Notes: generated by a model not told the origin, from the sequence alone. A DNA stretch of 64,000 bases from the human T2T-CHM13v2.0 reference genome, Homo sapiens (GCF_009914755.1 NC_060929.1), one strand, 5' to 3'; positions 26,227-41,154 are shown, counted from the stretch's first letter. Translations and numbers: made by a program.

Positions 26227-27459
26227 CTGGACTTATTTTTAACAGAAAGAATTATCTCAGTTTCCAAGTATGAAAATATGTTATTTTTATGCTTTAAAAA
26301 TATATATAAACCAGAGAAGAAGGCTGTAAGTTATTGTTCTTATAAGATGATTAAGAAAAATTTATAAATTGAATTTTGAAACTATGAAACTAATAAATTT
26401 AAATTAACAATATAAATGTATAGGGAATATTATGCTTTTCTGTAACAATTAAAATTTCAGTATTGGGTGTACTCATAGAAATAGTTTATCTCAGGTCCTG
26501 TGCTATATTCAGTGTTTCAGAATTTTGACTTTAATAATTCCAATGTAGAGAATGCCCATTTTCATAAATATATCAGCCAAGAAAGTATTTAATGACTTCA
26601 AGGTTCTTTGTGCTAGTTAAGGTTATTTGGATCTCTTATTTATCTAAATATTCTACTCGAGAGTAAGATGCCATTTTAAATGAAGTGTCACCTGTAACTA
26701 AGCAAAGTTTTCTTGTTGGCTTGAGGATAAACTTAAAGCTTTACTGATGGGTATCAAATCATATTGTTGCTGGCGTTGGCTGAGGAAAAAGCATTTGCTA
26801 CCCCCTCATAACTTTTGAACAAATATGTTCAAGGATGGAACTCTTCCAACATAGTCTGGTGCAATGTGAATACAGTACTAACTGCTATGGGGTAGATTCT
26901 TCTATATTTGGCTCACCTGTACTGTTATGTCCTGAACAAAGGGAGGTTTCACTACTGTTTGAATATAGAAGTAAGAAGTGGTCATCCAGGTGGTTCAGGA
27001 TAGGTATACAGTAATGGTTTTATATTGTTACCAAGATAAAAATGCAAAATTTAAAAAGCATCAAAACAAATTTATGAATTCCAAAAATATGTTCACAGAT
27101 ACATACACAGAGAAAAGTCCCGGGTTTGGGAGTCAGATTCCCTTGGTTCTAGACCTCAGTCTTACATTAATTAGTCATGTGACCTCTTTCAAGATAACTT
27201 ATCCTCTTGGATTTCAGTTTTCTCATCTGCAGATGAACTTTAAATTCTCAAACCCTCAAATTCCACAATTTGTTGTAACTGTATGTTTACATTTGCTGCA
27301 TCTTCCTTTCTTTGCAATTCCACAAATCAAAAAGCTAAGAGAACAAAATTATCTTATAGGCAATGAAATAGTATTCCTCAGATGTATTGCTAAAAAAACT
27401 TGAATGTTGGTGTAAGAAGGCATCTCATCTCATCTAATTTCAAATTGTATTGCAAAGAG

Positions 27460-28305
27460 CAGTAGGGTGTGCCACTATGGGTGGCAGTGTGAGAAAAAGG
27501 GGTATAGACTGACTATCCTCTTTGGTTCACAGAGCAGCTCTCCTGACATCTGTTTTATACTGATGGTTCTATATGTGTGGTTTGAAAACTTACATGACAC
27601 AGCTTATATAGCTCCCTAGGCTCTCCTGGAGCCATGGTCTCCTGAGTCCTCAGCTGTTCGCTTTGCCTCAGCTGCTCCTTTGGCTATGCCTCCCCAAAGG
27701 GCTGCTCTTCATCCCAAACCCATGACCAACTGACTGTGCTTGGGTCCTCATGGGTCTCCCACCTAGGGCTGGCTGATCTTTCACTGTCCCAAATGAGCTA
27801 GGCACTCCCCATTTCTGCCAAGGTGCATCCAGGCCTAGCCGCCATATACTTTTGAGTTTCTGGCTTCTAAAGCCACTTCTGCACTTCGATAGGAAGCCAC
27901 ACTGTGAAGATTGTATCTGGCTCCCAGATCAACTGCCAAGGAAGCTGCATGAAACAATGCAGAAGTTATCTCCTTGTAGGGTGAACTGTGATCAATGTAA
28001 TAGGAGATGGGAAGACAATGTCCCACACCTCTTCCCTTTCACAAACTGTTCCAAAACATAATTCTCCATATGGCCTGTGCACATGTGGCCATATGGATGC
28101 ACCTGCTAAGCAACCAGCTATATCTCTGAAATACCAGAAACAGTGACCAATCCATGAATATATTTCCTTGCATTTCTTCCTAGTATTCCCTGCCTCATGT
28201 TCTTTCTTTCTCACTCTCACTGTCTGGGATGGTACCTCCTAATAAAGCACCAGCACTCAATCATTGCCTCGTGCTCCATTTTTCTTGAGAAACTGGCTTA
28301 AGGCA
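27460..28305 (+). mobile_element. Old ERV LTR-like element (family uncertain)
   Basis: GC-richer block ending cctaataaagcaccagcactcaatcattgcctc, an ERVL-LTR-like polyA/U5 motif. Confidence 0.5.
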
Positions 28306-29039
28306 AAAACCATTGCTACAGTCCAACCCTCTCTGTATGGATGTCTACAACACAAACTTGACCATGTCCCTCCCTGGCTTTGCACTATTTACGAGATATC
28401 CTTAGCTAGTCAACAGTACCCTCCATGACTTACCATCAGCTTATGTGTCACTTGCTGATGCATTCTCACTTACAACTTATCATTCCAGAAGCCTTATAAT
28501 CCTCCCAACATCCATGCTAGAACGCACCTGTTTCTTTATGTTTGGACAAGGCATGCCCTCAGCCTGAGATGATGTATCTCATTTTTGCATGGCTAATTTT
28601 TTACCAATTCTCATTGAAATAACTTGCAGCTGTCTTTCTTAATATCCTGAAATGCCTCAAGGGCAGGAACAATATCTTATTCTCAGCACGTGGCACACCA
28701 ACTGGAACATAGCTGGTGCACTGTAAGTATTAAAGTACTATGGACAAGGAAATGGAGGCTCAATAATTTATCCTTGGTGACAATGCTTGACAGTGGCAGA
28801 GCCAGTGCTAGTGTGTAATGTGCTCATTCTACCACTTCTATATTGTCTCCTAGAAAGTGGTTTGACTTCTCCCCAATACTCATTTCACTCACTCATTAAT
28901 TAATTCTTTCATTAACTATTCATTAAGTGCTTATGTCTCAGGTCCTTTTAGATTTGGAGATTCAGCCCCTTCTAAACCTTCAGGTTTCTCAGATCCTTAC
29001 TTCAGAATGAGCACAGATTCTGTGTTACTTTGAAGAAAG

Positions 29040-29280
29040 TTATTTGGCATCAGAGTCCATGGCTGGGGGTTCAGAAAACAGAAATTTTAATAAATCCTGA
29101 TTATTCATTAGTATTGTGATATTAAGAAAGTCACTTAAACTCTTTGTACTTCAGCTTTCCTCATTTATTGAATGGAAATTTTTAAAAAAATGCCTTCTCT
29201 TTGCAGAGAATTGTAAGAACACAGGAATCATGGATGAAAAAGTACTTTGAAAAGTTGAAAGTGCTATGTAAATGTATTAT
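29040..29280 (+). mobile_element. MIR SINE
   Basis: aagtcacttaaactctttg..cttcagctttcctcattt..aagtgctatgtaaatg. Confidence 0.7.
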
Positions 29281-29406
29281 CTAGTTATACTATCACATTT
29301 GCCTTAATTTGATATTTGAAAATTCAAGTGATCTGCATCAAATTCAACTCATCAATTAATGAATCAACAGAATAACAAGAACAGACTCAAATCTAAAACA
29401 GATTTT

Positions 29407-29770
29407 TGTATTAGTCTGTTCTGACGCTGCTAATAAAGACACACCCAACACTGGGTAATTTATATAGGAAACAGGTTTAATTGACTCACAGTTCCACACG
29501 GCTGGGGAGGCCTCACAATCATGGCAGAAGGCGAATGAGGAGCAAAGTTATGCCTTCTAAGGTGGCAGGCAAGAGGGCATGTTCAGGGGAACTCCCCTTT
29601 ATAAAACCATCAGATCTCATGAGTCTAATTCACTATCACAAGCACACCATGGGAAAGACCCACCCCATGATTCAATCACCTTCCACCCGGGTCCCTCCCA
29701 CACAATGGAAATTATGGGAGCTACAGTTCAAGATGAGATTTGGGTGGGGACACAGAGACAAACCAAATCA
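29407..29770 (-). mobile_element. THE1 (MaLR) solo LTR
   Basis: TG...CA ends, tgtattagtctgttct..gctgctaataaagac..ttcaagatgagatttgggtggggacacag; 5-bp TSD atttt. Confidence 0.95.
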
Positions 29771-32199
29771 ATTTTAGAGTTACTTTCCCTCATTCTACAA
29801 ATGCTTCCTAGTATTCCCTGACTCATGTTCTTTCTCTCTCACTCCCACTGTCTGGGATGGTACCTCAGAGAGTGAGAAAAATAAGACTTAGAAAAATTAA
29901 GTGATGGCAAGAACTTGAACCATGTTTCCTGACTTCCATATCAGAGCTTGAAGTTCTCTGCATTAAAAAAAAAAAACTATATACATTTGAACTATTTAAT
30001 CATGTGAAAGGAATATTCATCATCTTTATGGGGTGATGTTATCCTCTAAAAGTTCAAGGAGAAAAATCTCAGTGTTCTGATCACCGTTTTTCTCCCCTGC
30101 CTTTCCATCTGCTGTCTCTGAACCAGTGACTCATAACATTCCTTTCTAGATGAAACAGTCTTGTGATTAGCACCCTGGGTGTGTTCGTATGAGTCCCGTG
30201 GGGGTACAGAAAGTACATGTTAGAACTATTTGCAATTATTTTTTAACGTAAAAATAAGACAGAAATGAAGCCTCATCAGTCTCTAATACATGAACACAGG
30301 TGGCTCATACATCACATAGGCCTCAAGTATTTTGAGGGAGGCATAGGAGCTTCATGGCTAACACGAAGGGGTCAACAGTGGCACCCTTTGGGGCTCACTC
30401 GCCTTTCCTGAATTGCAGTTCATACATGCCCTATTAAGTGGATTTAGAGATTATATAATCTAATTTTTAACTAAACTAATCCTCACAAAATGGACAATTG
30501 GCTTTAAAAGATCCCACCAAAGGAACTGTGGATAGAAGATAACACTAATTGAACAAGCACAAGTGAACAGCAATGATAAACAAGAATCTGCCGAGCCGAC
30601 ACTTCTACCCTACTTGAGCTCTATGTCAGCCACGATATAGCTCACAAAGCAGTGGTACTAGAATCAGATCCGGCAAGAGATCTGCCAAAACAATCCAAAA
30701 TTATCAAGAGGAAATTTATATCTGCTCTCTTTAATATATACTTCTAAGTATATATTATGCCTTAAAGTACTAACTAATGAGATTTTGAAGCCATCATGAT
30801 TGGCAGAACATTGAAACATAAAACACTCAGAATGGGAAGACATGCCTCTATGAGAGGGGGTTTTAAAAAGCACAATTTTACATAATTTTTAGCAAATTGA
30901 ATAATACATGTATGAAGCTTTTTGAGATTTCTTAATATATGAGAACTACTTTACATTTGCATAATATAACATCTTATATTATAAATTGATATAATATATG
31001 ACTCTTTGAAATGTTTGCATTAAAAAGATTCAATATGTAGCTGCTGAAGTGTTTTCAAGTTCCATGACTATGCAGAAGTTTTTACTCTATCTCTGACATC
31101 ACAAAATGCTAAATGCTGTTATTGCCTTTCTGTTGTTAGAAGTTGTCACTGTTCAACTCTCTCTGGGGAGATTGATTTACCTGGGTATACTTCTGCAAAC
31201 TTCTATAATTCCCTATTCATTGACTTGAAGGTAAACTACACACTATACATACAGCAGTGTATGGTAACTGTCTTTGAGAACTTTGCCAATTATTTTTAAA
31301 ATATTACAATGAGTACAGCCTTTCTGAGAAAATCTTCAGAAGAACAAACAGTAACTCATGAAAGAAAAGGGATTAAAATCCTAATATATTTTGTTTAGGT
31401 TGAGTTTATGAAAAACCAAGACGAAAATCAACGACAAACTCCATTCTTTATTTAAATATTGCCTATCTCCCTAATGAACTATTTCACTCAATCATTAGTA
31501 AAAAAAAATAGTAAAATACAATGTTTTTTTTAAACTCTCTTCAGTTTAGAATTTTCTGACTAGCTGTCCTTGTGCTTTCAGATTAATAATGCAGTAGGAT
31601 TTCTCCTGCTCTTATTTATGTAGAAAGTAAAGGAAGCATTGTAGTTTTGGTGTCACAGATAAAAAACATTCCAAATCAGAATCTATGGAGTGTCAAATGC
31701 TCAAATGTATTGACTTTCAACATTAAGAAAACATTAGTTTGGTTTTTATCCAAAGTCAAAGGCTATTTTCCTCATTTGCCACATGAAACTTGAACACACA
31801 TTTGTGTTCATCTAAACAGTTCACATTCTCTTCTCTTCAGCATTAGAGAGAGCCATAGATTTATTTTTATGGCTGTAGATTTTGAAAGCATTTGTTCTTC
31901 ACCCAGAACTTACCAATTCAGAATATATTTTTCTTATCATATACCATTAATAAGAATTTCGTTAAAATTAAGCCCTTGACTCAAGCGTACATTGGTAGCA
32001 TTTAGTTGTCATGGGTAGCACCAAATGCCTAGGCCCTGAGAACAATGCAACGAAGTCAGTAGCAATTCACCAACCTAAAATATATGTACCCCAAATCAAC
32101 GCCACTTTAAAGATAAACAAGCATTTGGCACACTAATAAATAATGCTGTAAATCTTGCTATATTGGATTGCAAATAACTCCAACTGAATAAAATTGCAT

Positions 32200-32480
32200 G
32201 ACACAGGATTTACTTATTCTGCACATTCATAAAAACAACTTGTTCCCTGACAGCACTCATTCTTGGCAATTTACCACAGCTGTCAGCAGCCAATTTGTTC
32301 AGATTACTGCTCTGCATAAAAGTGTAACAATCATGGGGATTTATTAGCTGATTATCGTAAAGGGGGCAGTCCGTCTTGCCTGCCAAAATGCAGGTGATCA
32401 GAAAGTTAAATAATTACATGCAGATTAACATTATTTCACCTTCACTTGAAATTTGTAGTTCAGTGACAGGTAAAATTTGT
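32200..32480. promoter_or_regulatory. Candidate intronic enhancer (MEIS/HOX-type motifs)
   Basis: Three TGACAG/CTGTCA, two CATAAAA, TCGTAAA, TAATTA in unique-looking sequence. Confidence 0.45.
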
Positions 32481-32584
32481 TGTTCAAACTTGCAATATGG
32501 TGTGCATCACCTAAGTTAGTTTACCGAGTACTTGGCATTTTACTGAGCACTCCATGGCTCCAGGACAACATGCTGAATACAAGA

Positions 32585-32790
32585 GTGTGATGAAATAAGC
32601 ATGGACTTTAGATTGATCTGGATTTGAGCCTCAGATCAATCACTCCACTGGCTGAGCAACCTCTTAACTGCCCTCAGCCTCACTATTTGCATCTGCAAAA
32701 TTGGTATAATATGAACCACCCCTGCTACCCCAGAGTGTAAAGCTAATGTGTATAATAGGGCCCTGCAGGTTGTAAAGCATTATTATTATT
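32585..32790 (+). mobile_element. MIR SINE
   Basis: catggactttag..ggatttgag..cagcctcac..catctgcaaaattggtataat. Confidence 0.7.
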
Positions 32791-33154
32791 GTTTCTTTCC
32801 ATTTATGGTAAATTTACTTTTGTGTAAAGTTTTACAACCAGACAGCTCCGTAGATATCATGATGATGAAAAGTTATAGTAAGTGTCTTGGTAAATGTATA
32901 GCCTACTTTTCCCCCAAATATGGCCATTTATTATTACTGAAGTATAAAGATTATTCAGACACTTTTATACTTTAACTAATTCATTCTTCTCTTTTGCATT
33001 ATATTCAATTACCTTTCCACAGTTACACTGAAACTTTCTTACCTTCAACTAAGTCATGTTGTTCTAATTGCCTTTCCATTAATGCCTGGTGTCAGATCAG
33101 CATTTGTCTGACAAAGAGCCATAATTTCCAGTGTTAAATCAAGCTTCAGGGATT

Positions 33155-34540
33155 TATATTCAAACCCAGGAAATATTTACTGAGTGCTTGGTGCCAGATA
33201 CTTGTTTAGGTATGGAGTATGTTGCAGTGAACAAAACACTCAAAAAATCCCTGCCCTCGTGGAGCTTACATTCTAATGAGGGAAAATAAATGATAACATA
33301 AATAAGATGCATAGTTTGCCATATGGTGGTTGCTTTAATGGAGAAAAACAGAGCAGAATAGAGGAATGGAATGCCAAGAAAAGCAGGTTCAATTTTAAAT
33401 AGGCTTGGTATGGACGCCTCCCTGATGAGACATTGGTGCACAGATCTAAAGAAGATGAAGAAGCAAGGCAGGTGAGTGGATCCCTGAAGAAAGTTAGATA
33501 GAGGGAAAGGTCCTGAGGTGGGAGGGTGTCTGGTATGCCTTGAGGAACAGCAAAGAGGCCAGCTGGCTGAAAGTGAATGAAGGACGGGGATAGGCAGAAT
33601 AGCAGAAGTTCATAGTAGACAAGCAACAAGGCCAGATTGTGCAAAGTCTTATAGGCCACTGAAGGGACTGTGGCTGTCCCTAGATTATGATGCAAAACAA
33701 TTAAAGGATTTGGAACAGAGGAGTTAAGTTACTTTATTTTTGTTTTAAAAATATTACTCTGGCTGCTAATTGGAAACAGACTGTTGTGGGAGGGGAGGTG
33801 TGGAAGGAAGAACAGGAGGCTGTTGCTACTGTCCATATGAAAGCTGATGGTGGCTTTGACCACAATGATAATGATAGAGATGATGAGCGGTCGAGAATCC
33901 TCAATATGTTTTGAAGAAAAATTATCAGGTTGCTGATTGATTTGATGAGAGTGAGAGAAAGAAAGGAATCAAACATGGTTCCACGATTTTTGGTGTTAGC
34001 AACAAACAAGAGAAGGCTGAAGGAGGAGCAGATGTGTGGGACTGAAGGTTAGAAGTTTAGCTTTGCACATTCTAAATTGGAGAAATCTATTAGACTTTCA
34101 AATAGTGATATCAAGTAGGCAGTGCAATATAGGAATCTGGAATGCAGAGAAGAGTTATGGAGTGGAGCTGGACTCTTGTGAATCAATGAAGTCACCATGG
34201 GAGCCAGTATAGATGAAGAAGATGCCCAAAGAGTGAGCTCCGAGGCTTTCCAGAACTACAACATGAGGGGATGAGGAAAAACCTGCAAAGGAGACAAGAA
34301 AGAGCATGCAGTGAGGTAAGAAAAAAACAAGGAGCATGCGGTGTCCTGGAAGGCAAGCGAAAAATGTGTTTTAAGGTAAGGAAGGGGTCAGCTAAATCCA
34401 GTACTGCTGCTGGGTCAGGTTAGACGAAGGTTGAAAACTGGTCATTGAATTGAACAATGTGGTGGGCTTGGGGGACATTGACAGGAGTAGTTTTGGTGGC
34501 TTGTTGGGGGCAAATGCCTGACTATATTAGTTCAAGTAAG
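33155..34540 (-). mobile_element. LINE-2, about 1.4 kb fragment
   Basis: aatatttactgagtgcttgg tgccag..gcagtgaacaaaaca..ccctgccctcgtggagcttacattcta terminus and long purine-rich body. Confidence 0.9.
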
Positions 34541-34552
34541 AATGGAAGTGGG

Positions 34553-34885
<333 letters not shown>

Positions 34886-37600
34886 TTAACTCTTTGACAC
34901 TCCAGATTTGCAAGTGGCTCTTTCATTCATAGCCAGTCTTATTTTTATTAAATATAATGAAACAAACTCTGTTATTGAGTTTGCATTTACAAAATATATT
35001 TTAAAAAATCATTATATATGACCAAAAATGGAAAGTAAAATAGACAATTATAAACCATAGCATAATAAACTAGTCTATATAGATAATGTAATCCATACAA
35101 ATGTTCTCAAATTTGGGACTCAGCTCAGACAGTACCCTTAAAAAATGTTACTAGCCATTGAAGGAATAGTATTACCCTCCATGGCCAACTTTAAACTTAC
35201 TCACAAGCCTCCAGCAAATTCCTAGAATAGTCTCTACTTTCAAAATTAACAGACACAGAATGTTGCAGTGAGAGCTTGCAAAAAAGGACAGATGATTATG
35301 ATGACAGTTTTATTACTGTTACTTCACCCTGAATACTCAAATTTAATTGGAAAGTAAGTCAATTGTCTTTGAAACTATTCTAGGAATTAAGTAATTCTAT
35401 TATAATCTGTATTATCTCCACTGTTTCCATGCAAGCTTCAAATAAATAAAGAAACACAACTTGCCTGATACTTAGGTATAATAACATGTTGCTTTTCAGC
35501 GGCAAGATGCTTTTAAAGAGCAATTTAACAAGCGTCAAGTTAGAGACCTGGAATTTTCAGTGCCATCTGGATATCAAAAAGATTTGAAATGATGATGCAT
35601 CATAGTTATTTCCCTTTTCTGCAAAAGGCAACCTTGCTAATTTAGGAGTGTGCAGCATGTTTCTATTGTCCATCTTTCAGTATCTCAAAATCTAACACTC
35701 ATTCCTTTCATTGTGTAAACCAGTATAAACCACTACTCCAGAGCTGTCTTGTCTATACCTGTGCTCATTTCACTCTAAAACTTTTGGGCTTAAATTGCTC
35801 TCATAGGCAATTAAGTTTGGTATATGACCGAAAATAGACTTCTCTTTTTCAAGCTTCCACAGATACCTGGAATAATCCCTATGATCTTCTACCCAGCAAT
35901 TTGTACTGTTTTCTCAAAAATTAGCCAAAATATGAAAACCCTTTAGAAACAAAGTGAAGTGAGATAGTTAGGTCCACCTTTCTGTCAACCATGTCTGCCC
36001 TTGAAGAACTCATAATGTTATTAAGTGAGGAAAAGAAAATGATCAGTCCCAATTGGCCTGAGAAATTTTCACAGTTTTTAAATTGGAAAATTCTTACCAA
36101 AGGAAAAAAATATAAAAGAACATCTGTCATTATACGAAAAAAAAAATAGAGAGAAGAAGGGATATGAAGGAATGTAATGTATACCTAGAAATACAGGTAG
36201 CCAGAATATTTACAGCATAATCTCCATTATTTTACCAAGATAAGAGAGTTTGAATACAAAGAAATAAGGTTGAAGTAGCAAGTTACACATGCCCATCATT
36301 CTGATTATCTTGTGGTCACCAAATATAACTAATATTATTATAACCAAAGAAAATGAACTAATCATTCGAGGAATAGCTACTTAGCACCTTCTCGAAAGAG
36401 CTCATAGCCTATTGAGGGAGACAGAATCTTAGATATATAATTATAATGAAATGCATTTAATGTATTAACAGATGTGGTATATCCCAAAGAGAACAAGATA
36501 AAACTTTAGGAAAACTCTGAAAATAGTGTTTTAATTAAGGGAAAAAATGTGCAATAAAGGCCTGTGCTTTAAAAAGGCTTGAAATGTAATGTAGTATTAG
36601 ATTACGGTGGTGTTTTCCAAGCTCACTTTACAAGTAAAATAGTAAAGGCTACCTGAAGCTCATCTTTGACCTCTCACTATATAATCCTATGAAGAAAATG
36701 ATATATATATAACTGCATCATAAAAAAAATCAAGAGATAAATATGTTGGATTGGATTCCTGTTCTTACTTTTCTGGAGTATAATTTATTTTACTCTTAGT
36801 ATGTATAAATTTTCTTCAAGCTGTATGTTTAAAGACTTGGAATTTCATGTAAGCTACAGTGAGGAAAGAATTTTTTTTTAATTTAAAAAATTAACAAATT
36901 CTTCAGTACACCACACTTTATTTCAATATTGGCAGGTTTCAATGTGTTTTGCTACAAAGACACATATATAACTATCAAAAAATATAAACATAGGCTTTAA
37001 ATTAAGAAAACATATGATTCAAGTAGTCACTCAAAATAACCTTAACTTTGTGAAAAATGTCATGTAAGCCTCAGAATACTCCTTTCTTTACTGTGCTATC
37101 AGATTAACATGGATCTGCCTCACTTACATGCTTCCTACACTAATACTTGGGAACTCTTTACAGATTTATGAACTCCAAGGAGATTACAAGCATTCTCTAC
37201 CTTGTAGGGCGTTGTAGAAAATAATGCATTTTACGGTGATAGTATGCTTTATGAAAATAAATATTATCTTAGATCACTTTACAGACTATGAATATGGTCT
37301 TTGTTCCTTTATGTATCTTATATCAGATGAAATTCCTCTTTCTCAACTCCCATAACTTTGACATCTGGAGAAAATTCATGGATATCAAATTCAGATAGCC
37401 TGTGTCCATCAACTGGTCAAAACCGCCACCTACTGGTCAGTTTTTGAATCTATTTTTCAGTTCATCCAAGCATTGCCTTACCATGGTAAAGTCCCTTTCT
37501 TCAAAACAGTAAAGATCATTTACAATAACCAGGCTTACAGCAAATATTCTTTTAATAAAAATGCTCTAGGAGTGAACCAAAAATTACAAATTGCACAAAC

Positions 37601-37731
37601 CTGCCAATGAAATCATCCCTTTTCCCAGCATCTTTGTCCCATGCAGTGATATCAATGACTCCTCCTCTTTCTTCATAAAGGTGAAAATCAAATTGTTCCC
37701 TCCACTGAGGATTCAACGTTTTTGGCATAAT
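37601..37731 (-). CDS. MCTP1: MCTP1 exon, 131 nt, C2B: IMPKTLNPQWREQFDFHLYEERGGVIDITAWDKDAGKRDDFIG(R)
   Basis: Acceptor ttttttccag|ATT, donor CAG|gtttgt; carries C2 calcium-loop aspartates (WDKD, DDFIG). Confidence 0.97.
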
Positions 37732-38453
37732 CTGGAAAAAAAAATCATAATTGTCATATTGCTAGCAGCTTTTTAAAAAAAACTTCAACCTGAGACACTA
37801 AATCAAACTTTTGGTACTATAGTATCTAGAAAAGCACGCTGTGTGCTATTTGAAAAAAAGATTACAGAAATAATGGAAATAACTCATTAGATCTCCAGCA
37901 TCTTTACTGAATAGTACATGAATGGACCTCAATGGATGTGTCCTGAAAATCACAAGACATTCTTTGATTATTTTAAATAACAGATAAGATATATAAATTA
38001 TATAGAAGAGGTAATAATCTATGAAAGAAATAGCTCACTCGGATACTAGCAATATTTTACATAATCATAGTTAATGCATTAAGATATAACTCATAGCCAG
38101 TCAGTCATCTCAAAATAAAGGAGAATGAGGATTTTCAGAGTTTGTTTTTTTCTTACTTGCCATACACATTGGAATCCTGACTTGAGTACATGAAAAACAG
38201 ACAATGAATTTCTGTGAGAGCAGGAGAAAAACGCAAGTAGCTTTTGGGTAGTCAGGCAAACTTTTATCTTAGACTTATAGCACTGATGTAGTATCTCATG
38301 TTATAGATGGATAAGCTGAGACCTAGAGTTTAAGTGACACACCTACGGTCAGTATGTTTTAGTATCTAGACACTAACTCAAAGTCTTTGATTAAAGCTTC
38401 GGGACTCTTCCCCCAAAACCATATGCCAAAAATGTCTGTGAAATAATAAATGA

Positions 38454-38612
38454 ATATATGAGTATATATGTATGTATACATGTATATATGTATGAGTATA
38501 TACATATGTATATGCATGTATACATATATGTATGTGTGCATACATATATGTATATATACATATATGTGTATACATATATGTATGTATGTATATATACACA
38601 TATGTGGATATA
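38454..38612. repeat. (TA/TG/CA) alternating purine-pyrimidine low-complexity tract
   Basis: Direct reading; source of the YIHM-rich spurious ORFs. Confidence 0.95.
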
Positions 38613-39682
38613 CTCTTTGTGTTGCATATACAAGAAAGATATCTGAAATGTAATTCTGTAACTTCAAGTATTCAGATAAGTCATCCTGTATGGTAGAATC
38701 AATGAGCAAAGTAACCTATATTGATAGGAATGGAATTTTAAAATTCCATTCACCATTGGGTTAAACAACATTTATATTTGTTTCCTTGTTCTTTCTTTTT
38801 AGCAGGAAGGCATGCAGTGGCCTTTTCTCTTTTTAATGTATGGCAGACAGATCTTCAGATGTAAAGTTTGAAAGCAATGAAGTATGTTATATGCAAAGGT
38901 AATGCAAATGAATCACAATTTTTAAAGTTCATAATCTGAAATTAATCAGCGATAGATCAAGGAAAGAAAGAGCAAAGAGAGACACATGTCCATTGCTGGG
39001 TTTCATATTTCATACCTAAAGAGCAGAACTATAAAAATAAGTAATGTTTTTAGCCTAACTAGAACACGGAAATGGTGCTAACTAAGAAAGGAGAAGATAG
39101 AAGTGGTCATAGGTACCTATTTTTGGAATCAGTAGCTACTTTAATATATGTTATATATTATAGCTACTTTAATATAAGCCCCATGGCAGAAAAAAAATGG
39201 CACTGAATGAAGGCTATGATAATTTAAATGTCTTATAATCAGGCTCAGATGAACTTCTGTGGTATTTTGGGGTGTGGTCTGTCTTTACTTATCTGGCCTT
39301 AAACAGACTAAATTTTCAGTTTTCTTTTCTAGGATTGCCTTCCCTATATTATTTCCTTCAGGTCAGAAATAATGCCTTCCCTTTCTATGTGGACACTCCA
39401 ATCAGCCTGCTAGCAATACTCACTGCCTGCTAATGATGGGCTCTCTGATATTTTTAACTACCTTAAGTACTAGTGAAAACTTCCTGGGCTGGAAGGGACC
39501 TAAGCAGGCTGTTTATCAAAAATCTATAGAGATTATGACACTAAGGTGAATAAATGCCCATCAGAATGGAATGTGATCTTTAATACAAGACGGATATGAT
39601 CAGTTGTCCTAAGCTGTCTATGAATAACATCTGTAAAAACTGACCAATAAAGAGGACATAGTTCATTACAACAGAGATAAGA

Positions 39683-40062
39683 TGATATGGTTTGGCTCTG
39701 TGTATCCACCGAAATCTCATGTCATATTGTACTCCCCACATGTTGGAGGAGGGGCCTAGTGGGAGATGATTGAATCATGGGGGCGGACATCCCCCTTGCT
39801 GTTCTTATGATAGTGAATGCATTCTCACAACATCTGGTTGTTTAAAAGTGTGTGGCACTTCCCTTTTCACTCTCTCTCGCTCTGCCATAGAAAGACATGC
39901 TTGATTCCACTTTGCCTTCTGCCATGATTGTAAGTTTCCTGAGGCCTCCCAGCCATGCTTCCTGTACAGCTTGCAGAACTGGGAGTCAGTTAAACCTCTT
40001 TTCTTCATAAGTTACCCAGTCTGAGGTAGTTCTTTATAGAAGTGTGAGAATGAACTAATACA
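39683..40062 (+). mobile_element. MST (MaLR) solo LTR
   Basis: tgatatggtttggctctgtg ... gaactaataca; 5-bp TSD taaga on both sides. Confidence 0.95.
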
Positions 40063-40199
40063 TAAGACATGTGCCAAAAATATAGTTATGACTACTAGAC
40101 CCTTATTCATTATTACTTATATTACTAATATTATTGTTTAATACATTATTACTACTACTATAATTGATACTATACGATATACTTCTTACTACTGTTGTT

Positions 40200-40380
40200 A
40201 CTCTTCCTCTTCTGCTATTTTTGTTTGCTGAGTGATTATGGACAAGGCAGTATTCTAAGCCCTTTAAATGCGTAACATATATTCATTTAATCTTAGTAAA
40301 TTTGTTAGGTAGGCATTATTTTAACTCTCATTTTTACAGATGGGAAAACTAAGATATGGAGAGACAAAGTAACTTGTTCT
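40200..40380 (-). mobile_element. MIR SINE
   Basis: ctcatttttacagatgggaaaactaag..aagtaacttg. Confidence 0.75.
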
Positions 40381-40533
40381 AATAAATTTTAAAATTTGCT
40401 ATTTGCATTGGTACAAGTCAGGTTGGATAAAGTGTATAAGAGTAACATACAAAGATTTTTATGGCATGTAAAATAATGCTATTTATAATACTGATATTAG
40501 CACTAGTTGTAATAATGTTAAAAGCTACACTCT

Positions 40534-40846
<313 letters not shown>

Positions 40847-41154
40847 TCAACTATGTGTTTTCTGGGTGGCTGTTATTGTTTTAATCCACAGAGCTATGCC
40901 AAGGGATAGTTCCAACTATTATTGCTATGTTGTAGATGAAGAAATTGGGACATAGACAAGTAGTTTATGGGAGGTCACCTAGTACATAAATTTAAAAATG
41001 CTATACAATTATTGGTCTTGTTTTCTGACATGGTGTTCAAAAGAGTTTGTTAAGCATTTAAAACATTATCTAGTGGTTTCATCTCCTAAAGCAGGGCTAT
41101 TAACCAACCAATGCCTTCCAAATATTGACAGGAACACAATAGAGACAAGGTTAC

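Noticed and set aside
29481-29821. 98-aa and 80-aa ORFs
   Set aside because: Translations of the THE1 LTR.
38359-38709. Five overlapping Y/I/H/M-rich ORFs
   Set aside because: Artefact of the stop-poor TA/TG/CA tract.
39133-39176. 16-bp spaced direct repeat tagctactttaatata; similar short duplications at about 7675 and 20158
   Set aside because: Two copies only, typical slippage; not an array or CRISPR-like structure.
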